A stretch of 64,000 nucleotides of DNA from Trichoplax adhaerens (lineage: Eukaryota; Animalia; Placozoa): positions 1,139,983 to 1,203,982 of the forward strand of contig NW_002060948.1 of the NCBI RefSeq assembly GCF_000150275.1, read 5' to 3'. Below the pieces are notes generated by a model that had not been told where the DNA came from, did no database searches, and saw nothing but the letters and a program-made list of their open reading frames with translations. Below, in pieces: positions 53,601 to 64,000 of the stretch (within the stretch, counting starts at the first letter, position 1; the number at the start of each line of letters is the position of its first letter). The position numbers and the translations under genes are program-made.

Positions 53601-56600
53601 GCTGAGTAATGATGCTATTTGAAAGATATAATAAATATTATATATATTTAATTATACAGATAGCACCATTGATTGATTATGATTTAAATTGAAATTAGAT
53701 TACTATTATGAATGTTGCTCGACGTCGAACTGGCACATCTGTTATGAGTGGAAAGGTATTTTATATTTATCATTAAAGTATACAACCATACACGATAAAA
53801 TGAACTCATAGTATGCTGTTGTTGTAAGGTTTTCGTCACTTCAGGCCTGGGAGGTATGAGTGGCGCTCAACCCAAAGCTGCCGTAATCTGTGGTTGTATT
53901 GGTGTTGTAGCGGAGGTATTGTAATGAATTCAGCTTAGAAAATTTCGTTGGTATTTCACAAAAGTAATTGTTTAGCGATAGAATATTCGTTTAATGTGAT
54001 TATGTTAGGTCAGCAAAGATGCTTTAGAGAAGAGGCATAAACAGGGGTAAATACAGCGTATATCTTTATAACAATGTAAACCTAATCTATCCACTCTTTG
54101 AGTACACTCATAATTATCATTTGTTAGATGGGTGACTACCGTTTGCACGTCCTTGGAAGATTGCATAGCACGAATAAGGTAAGCAAATTAACCCTAAAAT
54201 CATGTTTAGTAATATAGTAACTATATTTCTTCAATTAATCATCTACAGATTTATATCATTTAATCACTTCTTCAAACTAATTTGTTTCTTTAAGATATAA
54301 GCAGATACTCATTACTGTAGCTGACTATTAGCTATAATTGATTTGATGTTCATATCAGCTTTTATTTATACTTACTGCTATTCTCCTCTATATAACTATT
54401 AATACTATTCAGGGAGTACAAAAAAAAGGGAGAAGCTGTTAGCATAGGTTTCCATGGAAATGTTGTGACTCTATGGTAAGGTTTATTTTTCACACATATC
54501 ATCACGTATCCAATGTTTGTTAATTTATCTATCGCCTCTCCAATACAGGGAGGGACTTGCGGAAGAGTATGAAAAAACTGGAGAATTATTAGTCGATTTT
54601 GGATCAGATCAAACATCTTTACATTGCCCATTTAACGGTGGTTATTACCCAGTACAGGTAGTCCAGATATAACTTAAACTTACTACGGCAATCGCAATCT
54701 ACATATCTACTTATTCGTTTCAGTATGGATCAAAGGGATGCAAGAAATACGTTATTGTCATGATTACGCAGTAAAGAATTTTCTACATATATCGTATATT
54801 TTTGATACAGTTAACTTTCGAAGAAGCACAGAAAGTTATGGTAGAGAAACCCGACAGATTTAAGACTATGGTGCAAGAAAGGTTATTTTTGATATCTATA
54901 TAGCGCTTGTACCTGTACTTTAATTCGCTATTTTATACTCTTAAATATATAATACTTTCTTTTATTAGTTTACGTCGTCAAATTGCAGCAATAAATAAAT
55001 TATCTGCTCAAGGTATGTATTTCTGGGATTATGGAAATGCCTTCCTACTTGAAGCTGGACGTGCAGGTAATTTTCCTTTATCGGATGTATACTTACTCTG
55101 TTTATTATTAACCAGAAGAATTTTATTGCGTTGTATTTATTGCCACCTAACTATGCTATATATGAAAATATCTTGCGAATGTTATAAAGTATTAATGTTA
55201 CTTTATTATTGATTTTGATTTGCTATATCACAAGGTGCTGATGTATTTAAAGAATTCTCCGAAGGCAAATATAAATACCCAACTTACATTCAAGACATAA
55301 TGGGGTAATTGCAAAATATCGAAACTAAGTTTTGGTTGAGCCCTTGTTATTATAAAAAGTAATATTTCTTTCTCGCTATTCTTTCTTTATACCTACAGAG
55401 ATATATTTTCTCTTGGCTTTGGCCCATTTAGGTAATGTTATTTGTATGAAATTAAATCTCCTTGATTTTCTAATTTTGTGTTGATTTGATACCGTACACA
55501 TTCTAAGACTATATGACCTATATTTCATATAATAAAGGTGGGTGTGCACTTCAGGGAATCCTGTGGATTTAGAGAAAACTGACGAAATTGCAAAGACTGT
55601 ATTACTTAATGCAATTGGGGAAGGAGGTTCATTTTATAGAGTATCAATTTTTATATATTAGACGTCAATGGTTATTAAAAGCATCGTAAATATTAATATA
55701 ATAATGCTTCTCTTAGTTCCAGAAAATATTCAGGAACAATATGAAGATAATATCAAATGGATTACGGAAGCTGCAAAGCATAAAATGGTACTTCAAAACA
55801 TTGATCAGCCTTAAATAATAAGTCGTACCTAGATGATGCATTTGTATCATCGTAAGCTCCCTAAAACTAATAACAATACTTGAGAATGATTAGCATAGTA
55901 ATGAAGGTATCTACATAGGTTGTAGGCTCGCAAGCTCGTATATTATATTCCGATCTGAAAGGACGACGCGCTATAGCATTAGCTTTCAATGACGCTGTTA
56001 AAACTGGAAAAATCGAGGTACTCTGTTTGTAGAATCGATACAATAATTTACAATAGGATTGTATGGAGCACTGGTTAATACTCAATATATAATTATTTCT
56101 GTTCTCGTAGACTGTTTGATATGTTCTTACTCATATCCAGACGGTTATTATTTATTGCCATAGGCTCCGGTAGTTATTACCAGAGACCATCACGATGTCA
56201 GCGGTACGGACAGTCCTTTCCGTGAAACTTCAAATGTTTACGATGGTTCTTGCTTTTGTGCTGGTAATTAAGTATATACGAGTTAAATGCTTTAGCTATA
56301 TGAACTTTGGTTAGTTCATCAATTGCGTGAATTGAGAATTGGATATTATTTTTAATCGTTATCAGATATGGCAATACAAAACGTTATTGGAGATTCTTTT
56401 CGAGGAGCGACTTGGGTATCAATTCACAATGGCGGAGGTGTCGGCTGGTATGAGTTTCACTGTATAAAGTGTATAATTTCGTGATTTTTATTGCCAATAC
56501 ATTAGTTTCTCTGTAACGTTTCTAACTCGTCATCACCTTTGAATCTTGACGTAGGGGAGAAGTTATTAATGGTGGATTTGGTATTGTCTTAGATGGAACT

Positions 56601-57035
56601 CCCGTTAGTATTGTGTCGATATCAGTTTAAAATATTAGCTTATGTATTGCCTACCCGACTTCGAAATTAGTTATGTTCATTAACTTACTACAATACAATA
56701 ATTATCATAAATTCAATTAGGAAGCTGATGAGCACGCTGCATCTATGCTTATGTGGGATGTCTTAAATGGGGTAAATTAAAATTCGAATGAACGATAAAT
56801 CCTTTACGATGAAAGGACTGCATACATCATTGTATAGTAATAATTTCAAGTGTATGTATACTTAATTCTTTAATTTTATTAGATTTCCAGACGAAGCTGG
56901 ACAGGTAACTCCAATGCTGAAGCAACTATAAAACTTGCTATGAAAGATATTCATAATTTGGAGGTAACTGTTCCATACCATGTCAAAGATCACTCAGTAA
57001 TAGAGTCAGCTTTAGAAAAGTGGCACAACGGCTAG
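50681..57035 (+). CDS. UROC1: Urocanate hydratase (urocanase), ~25 exons
   Basis: MATLKEICSGLPVDPLP..VPHAPVR, LALKNALRYFP, YGHIYMYRFRP, NNLDPEVAQFPHELVTYGGNGQ, YGQMTAGSYSYIGPQGIVHGT, TSGLGGMSGAQPKA, GSDQTSLH, FWDYGNAFLLEA, DIFSLGFGPFRWVCTSG, RDHHDVSGTDSPFRETSN and HNGGGVGWGEVINGGFG. Stop at 57033-57035. Confidence 0.97.
51441..51615. repeat. Minisatellite, 25 bp x7, in UROC1 intron 1
   Basis: Unit TACA(C/T)AAAATGCTAAAGTTT(G/A)T(T/C)GA at 51441, 51466, 51491, 51516, 51541, 51566 and 51591. Confidence 0.95.
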
Positions 57036-57987
57036 AATTCATCATCCTATTTGCATCACTATAGCATTGAGTTTGATATCACCAGAAATTTGAACGCTTT
57101 AGCATCCACAGCTTTAAAAATTACGCCTGACATACTATTTTATAACACCTATCATTGTAACTGAGCTACTCGATGTTATCTCAAAGTTACGCAGATGGTT
57201 CGAGATAAGTAATCATAATCATAGTAGTCATGATTAAGCAGCAACAGATGAGTGCATAACAATCACAAATATGCTTATAATAATATGTAGCCGAAACGCC
57301 AGATTCTGGTAGAATCTCTTTCGCAATATTGTAATGTTTAGAAATTTACAGTTACAATTACATATTATATACTCCAATATGTAAGTTTTCGAGTGAACTT
57401 AGAAATTAATTATTCACAGTATTAAAAATATTTATCCAAGTTGTACGTGTAGTGTAATGCAACTAGCAATAATCTCTCGTTTGTAATAAACTTTCAGTGA
57501 GGAATACATCCTTTAATGGCATTTATTATTCCGCATACAACCATATTGCATAAGGTTGTTTATGCTGGATGCTACAGTTAAATAACGTTCATTAGTTAAC
57601 AATATAACGTATAACTTGCCTAATAATTATGATCGGTACTACACGTATAAAATAAAATTTAAATTTATTAGCTATTTGCTATTCTGAAATAAAAATATAT
57701 TAAAGTGGCACAACCATAATAGTATATTTCATATATACTGCATCTCATAGTTAAAGCATAGCTGACCATTATAATAAAAAGATATACAAATTTATTAGCC
57801 TATAAAATCAGATTTTGGAATGTTACTAGGAGCATGCCGGTTGCAAAATTTTAATATACACAATATCGTTTCTGCATTCAGTAGCTTTATAGCAAATCGT
57901 AATAAATAGTAATTCAATAGTCTCAATAATGCAATACATAATATGTAGCTATTTCGATATCATTCTAACGAATGAATACCAATTATA

Positions 57988-60900
57988 TTAGCCAAATTTG
58001 TAAGTTGTGAAAGTTCTATCAAATATCGGCTTACATGGAACAATTGCTCCTAATTTTGTACATAGTAAAAATACGCCTGACATTTTTCGATGTAAGGAAT
58101 AACTTTCCTCTGGTGGTGGTGTTAATCGATGTTGTAACATAATAGGAACAAGGCTTCTTATTTTATATGTTAAAGTTTGATCTCGGAAATTGTACGGTTC
58201 ACTAAAAGAAAAAGGTTCACCAAGTGCTACTACAGCTTCGATATGGGCTTCAGTCATTACCTAGAGACACAAAGTTACATATAATGTTACCTTTACAGAA
58301 GTGATAAATTCATTTTAATTATTCGCAGTATAATACAAATCGAATTTTGAAAATAGGCTAAATTTATAGCAAATTTTTACCTTTGATTCATAACCAGTAA
58401 GAAAACCTAACTTCTTCGATGCTTGCTCGATAGTCTTTCTGTCCTTTTTAGAAGCAGCATTGATAATCTACAAGGCAAGAATTAACAAATAGCACCGTGA
58501 TTATATTTTATAATACTATATATCGAATAAAAATAATACATACTTTGAAGTACTCGTCAACAAAAGCTTTGTCGTATCCACGAGTGGCACCAAAGTCTAG
58601 CAATATAACCTATAGTAATGGGATGGATGCGATAATTTAAATTAAACGATAAAGTAAAAGTACTGAGTAACGCGAGAATTACAGCAGAAATAATCTTACT
58701 TTTCCACTGAGCGGATCGTAAAAAAAATTTGACCAATTTGGATCAGTTTGCATATATCGTAATTCAAAAACTTCTCGAAGGCATAAATCTAGAATATTTA
58801 AGCTTATCTACGGTAAAATAATAATAATAACATACAGAAGAAATTAATCTAAAATGGAAGCATTGCAATTGAATGTGCAAGTTAAGAAATTTAATCACTA
58901 CTTTACAATAATGAGCATATTGTAGTTTATCATACCCTATTACGAGTCTCTTGATCCAAATCGAACGTTTTATCTAACGGCATTCCTCGAATGAATTCAC
59001 ACGTTAAGACTCTTTTGGCGGTTAATTCAGGAATTATTTCCGGGATATAAAACCTCTCATCATCCTTAAGTAATTTCCTAAATAATAGGATGATAATTAA
59101 AAATATACAGAAATCCACGATTCTATAACACATTTTAAAGTCATCAAATGAATACAGTAAATTGGATGACAACAAGTTTGTATCATCAGTGAAAACTTTA
59201 CTTCATTTTTTGTTGGCATTCGGCCTCTCTTTCGTAATCGACTTCCCATGCCAATTCTCTTTTAGCAACTGTGACAGCATTCTCCGCATACATACCTATA
59301 AAATTTTCACAAAATAGATGTTGGAAGAGGGTACTAATATTTTTTACCATAATCCACAATTATTAGTATACCTTCAGGCAGCAATTTCCACATATTAAGA
59401 ATGGTCATTAGTGTATCAAGGTCGCTATTGATACTATTCGCAACGCCAGGATACTAGTGTCAATCACATAATATTATACATGATAAATTAGAGTCAGTAG
59501 CTCTTTTAAAAATTTCCTAATACTAATGTTGATGACATCGGTAACGATTGTATATCACGATGGGTATCATATGAATATTCACTTATATTAATTCTACCTT
59601 TGAACAGTAATTTACCTGAATTTTAATAGCAACGACACGACCATCCTTTAGAACAGCACGATGTACTTGGCCAATTGATGCAGCTGCAACAGGTTTAGGA
59701 TTAAATTCCGCAAGATTACTTTTCCAGTCATTCCCAAGCTCTTCCCGTAACACAGCCTTCACGTACGGCAGCAAAAAAAAATTTTCAATGTTAGATAAGA
59801 AATCGCAATTGCTATCTATCTCAATTTTTCAATTACTGTGATGTCTTACTTCCATTTGGTATCGAGGCATAAAATCGGCACTTTGTCTGACACGCTCAAA
59901 AATACGTTGCAATTCCGGAGAAATTAGAGAGTTATCTAAACAACAAAATAAAAACATTTAAATCCTTAAAGTTCGGGATAATTGTTTGGAAAAGCGTAGA
60001 GCAGTAAATAATAACATTTAAAGAAATTACAGCTGCAATTTTTATAAGCACAGCCAACCTTGAATACTTAGCATTTGACCAAGTTTAAGAGCAGCTCCAC
60101 GTAAATTGCATAGAGTATTGATAATTTTCTCAACATTGGCTTCGCTTAAAAATACACTACCGCCAAGACCATTCGCATCTGATTCTGCTAAAGGTGAAAT
60201 TTACAGCAAATATATTACATAAATAATTATAATTGAAGTATCCATGAACGGATAATATGAGTTACTAGTACACTATAATGTAAAGTTGTAAGACATACTT
60301 GCTGTGTAGCTTTAATAAAAATAAAGTAGAGTTCAATATAGTATAAAATTGTAAAATATCAATCACTTACGTGTCCTTTTGACACCTAAGGCTTTCTTTG
60401 TTGCTTCAGTTATAGCGCCGATACCTAAACTGGCGGCTAAGCCTGAAGTAACAGATAAAATGGTAGCAATATTCATCAGTTGCTATTATGAAACCATGGC
60501 ATAAAATGAGGCTTACAGTATAATTGTGTAACGTCTCAATCTATGGTCTGTAATTAACTAATTTAGTATCTAATATATATTACGTTTCAGTAAGCTAGTA
60601 ACTATAATGTATGCCAATATTTGATATACGCATGGAATATCATCGTGTCTTAGCACGATATTCTATACATCAGTGTTTAGTGGCAAAATTAATATTGCAT
60701 TCAGCCCTTTACGAGAGAGTCACAACAGTTATAAAACTGCTAATCTCCCATACACAAAGAATGCAGTCAGTTAAAACCTTATGATCTAAGTTGAGTAGCA
60801 TAAGTTTAAAAGCTATTAAGTCAATGTTAATTTGATATTACCGCTATACTTCCACAAACGGCCAATTTTTGTCGAAGGCACGGCTTTTTCTTTTGCACTT

Positions 60901-61745
60901 TCCGATAGCTGTATAATAGTAAATACTATTAAGAAACTGCAGGCAGAGATAGATTGACAGAATCCAAATGTACTAAGAGAGGCAATAATATACAGTACAT
61001 TTTTAAATGATCTAAAGCGTAGAAAATTCTACTACTCCTATATTATAGTTCATTATCGCAGGTTAATCTGTTTTATATCATTTTGTATGATTACCATTTG
61101 TTCCGGTACTGATTTATTGATTTGATTTTCGTCGTCTATTTTAGAAAATTCCTGAGTTTTATTCATAGTATTTTCTAATATTTTGTCTGTATTTTCAAAA
61201 TTGATTGCAAAGCCTGAACTTTTGCTCTGTGATGTAACACTAGAAGCATCTGCTGTTGTACTTGGCCGATCTTGCGTTATTGATGACATCGATGTAAACG
61301 TATCATTGGTTGGGTTAGTATTCAATGGTGAGGCCATCCGCTGAACATTACTATTACTTTGATTAGAATGATCTAAATTGATGTTATTAGTTATTGGTGT
61401 AGAAGCAGTGGATGGCATAGTTAAATGATCCGATACGACTTGATCAGAAGTCTTGCTGGACTTTAGCATTTCGCCTTTGGCATGTCCAGATGCAGTTAGA
61501 TTATCGCTTGATGAAGTATTTGTCGAATTTAAATCCGGTGAAAGCTGATCGCCTCCTCTATCAGAATATCCATATTTGGGTGATAATTTCGAGCCTTTAA
61601 GGCCATGATATAGCTGACTTATGGAAGAACGAAGACTAGAAAACTCCCATTCTTGCATGAAACGTTGGGCAGATTCTTGTTGAGCCGATTTGGCTATCAC
61701 ACGGAAACCTTGTAGTAAGCCACTAATTTCCGATAATCGCGACAT
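57988..61745 (-). CDS. COQ8: Atypical UbiB-family kinase COQ8 (ADCK3/4), 13 exons
   Basis: KxGQ motif [28 protein letters not shown]-rich loop [50 protein letters not shown] and [19 protein letters not shown]. Exon 1 spans 61095-61745. Confidence 0.96.
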
Positions 61746-62569
61746 TTTACGTACGTCGTATATCCAATTGATTCAATAAATAATGTAGCGAATAATGTCT
61801 CCTTTTCTAATATAAAACGAGTATCATGTGGAATTAATGGTCTAATTCAAAAGATATGAAAAACTCAATGTAGTGATGTCTGCTTAGGCTTCGAATTTCA
61901 GGTCACTGCATACGGAAAAATGATTGCAAATAGACGTTTTATGATATCATTGAATTCTTTTTTCTCCTTTTAATATTATCAACTTTTATAGCATTTCCTG
62001 GGAGGGAAAGCCGTCCAAGGCTGGTGATATCCTAATAAGACACCAATGTAACAGTGATTACATACAGAGTAGGATAAAATTAGCAATGCAATCTACTTCA
62101 ATAGCGTACAGTGTATAACTACCACTGCAACTGTAAGAAAATGTGGATCAATTAAAGAATAGGGCGCAACTAGTTTTCTATGCGATTTGATGTATAGCAA
62201 GGATTGCTGAAGAGAGAGAGAGAGATGCGATCGAGTGTCCTCGATCGCATTAGTGATGCCTGTCGTTGTTTGTCATGTTACGAGTGCTGTAACCGAGTTT
62301 TCAAAGGCGGCGCTTTCCAATACAATGAAGAGAACTATTATAGATATTAAGATATTCATCACTACTCCAGGTCAAGGGTGGAATAGATACCATAAAAGTA
62401 CTACGTAAAACTTACGCAGAAAGAGCTGAACAATTTACTATTTAATCATTAAGATGAATATTAGCAAGATTACTCTACCTTAAAGAATGAATATTCCAAT
62501 CGTTGTACCGGGCAACGTGCTCTTGCGATATGCTGAATGTATGATAGTCGAACTGGAAGCGTATGCACT

Positions 62570-63012
62570 GTTTATACAGTATCTACAGCACAGTGTACAG
62601 TGTACAGTAAGAGCAGTGGATGATGACATCGTACTGTACTGTACGGTACGACATACTGTACAGTATTGTACAGTACGGTACTGAATGTCATGTCACTTAA
62701 TTTGCACTACACTAATGTACGGTGCAGTACGATACTGAATGTCATGTCACTTAAGTTACCCTACATTACTGTACGGTACGTGCGTACAGTATTACGGTAC
62801 AGTACTGTACTGCACAATGCACAGTGGAAAAAAATCTTCTTACCTGCACAGTACAGTACGCTACAGCCTCTAATTTTCCACATGGGACAGTACTTAGTAC
62901 TGTACTCCATGATGCAACGTTCAAAAGTTTGTGACGCAATATTTGAACAGGGAAACTCGAGCCGTCCTTGGTACTGTACTGTATCGTATAGTGAGTACAG
63001 TACAATACAGTA
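62570..63012. promoter_or_regulatory. Large CAGTA/TACTG cluster upstream of COQ8, containing a 54-bp tandem duplication
   Basis: Dense gtactgtac/gtacagtac runs. cagtacg(g/a)tactgaatgtcatgtcacttaa occurs at 62671 and 62725. Confidence 0.55.
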
Positions 63013-63364
63013 ACAACAAAATGATCTCATCTCTGCGTGCGCTGCGCATCGAACAGGTTGTCATTGAGATGGTGGGAGATTTTTGCCACGACATCTGTTT
63101 TACACATCCTCAAGCAAAGATAGAAGAAGAAAAGCTTCTCTTCTATCCCTTATCACGGACTCACCAATGAATTCAGGAATATACAAATGCTGTAATTCAC
63201 AATTAAGGGACTGTAACGTTGCAGCTGTGAAGGATGAAGACTACTCAATTTTTTCAGCTAAAGAGTAGATTACTACGAGACAAATAGATTACAATGTAGA
63301 TTATTCACCAGAGGCACTGCCAAAGTGGGAGAGCTTTACTAAGCTAATACAGGACAGTAGTAAG

Positions 63365-63710
63365 GTAGCAATCTATTGCAAGGCTTTTTCGTCATCCTCT
63401 TTACCAATTTCTCTCTACAGTTAACAACAGTTAGTATAATTTCATGACACAACTACTCACTGCCCAATCACTGCTCCATCGCTCGTCACAATTTTATTCA
63501 TTTAATCACTATTAATAGATTAGAAAGTATCCAATTGCACACAGTAAATCACAGCGAGAGTTAGCTCTGCTAAAATGGGTTGCTTTACTCACCATCTACG
63601 AATATGGCAAGGCTTTTTTGTCACTCTAGAGTGCTTTATAATATTAGCTAGCTATGTATTGCAAGGCTTTCTTGTCACCTTGCCAACTTTCTCCTCTCTC
63701 TCTTTACCAG
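63365..63710. repeat. Three dispersed degenerate copies of GCAAGGCTTT.T.GTCA
   Basis: Copies at ~63378, 63607 and 63661. The first and third also share flanks (tagc.at.tatt upstream, ccaa..ttctc.tct downstream). Confidence 0.6.
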
Positions 63711-64000
63711 TATATTACAACAACAATCTTACTACAGAATTATTGACTCTAAGCCAGTCTCCGACGGACAGAATACTCGCTATGAGGGAGAAAGGGTATC
63801 CATACTTGCTATGAATATCGAATCGACAGTAGACAGTTCAAAAATTCAACCACTTGTCTATCCATAACTACAAGCCTACTTATGAGTATAACTGTGTATC
63901 TGTACAGTATATTAAAATGGAAAGAAAACGATAGCAGTGGATAACTACGATACTAAATTAACCTTCTAAACTACATTATGATCTACAATATATCAAAACT

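Noticed and set aside
57036-57167. About 43 open codons after the UROC1 TAG (possible readthrough)
   Set aside because: The protein already has normal urocanase length, the stop context is not readthrough-type, and an open stretch this long can arise by chance.
62487-63030. Overlapping Y/C/T/V-rich ORFs on both strands
   Set aside because: Translation artefacts of the stop-poor CAGTA/TACTG repeats. The same applies to the ORFs at 42907-43110 and 50449-50640.

Overview
AT-rich, intron-dense eukaryotic genomic DNA with short GT-AG introns. The gene content is animal, and the composition and architecture suggest a placozoan such as Trichoplax (inference only). Eight spliced genes were reconstructed by hand. 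Two tandem GABA-B-like class C GPCR paralogs lie on + (the 3' part of one at 83-5054, a complete one at 20243-33235). They are followed by a compact block of BBS1 (-), POLR2G/RPB7 (-), MRPL4 (+), HYLS1 (-), UROC1 (+) and COQ8/ADCK3-4 (-). Most entries in the ORF track are single exons with intron read-through, or noise. The main points of interest are: (1) a frame-preserving 18-nt candidate microexon, preceded by UGC, in intracellular loop 2 of the second receptor, and a 9-nt candidate microexon in HYLS1; (2) receptors with a remodelled ligand pocket, a lost lobe-1 disulfide and no C-terminal coiled coil, so probably not GABA receptors; (3) a (CAGTA/TACTG)n palindromic motif that clusters at 5' ends of the housekeeping-block genes; (4) an X-box plus NRF1-like element upstream of BBS1; (5) several degenerate tandem arrays concentrated in the receptor locus. 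No rRNA, tRNA, CRISPR array or recognisable transposase was found.
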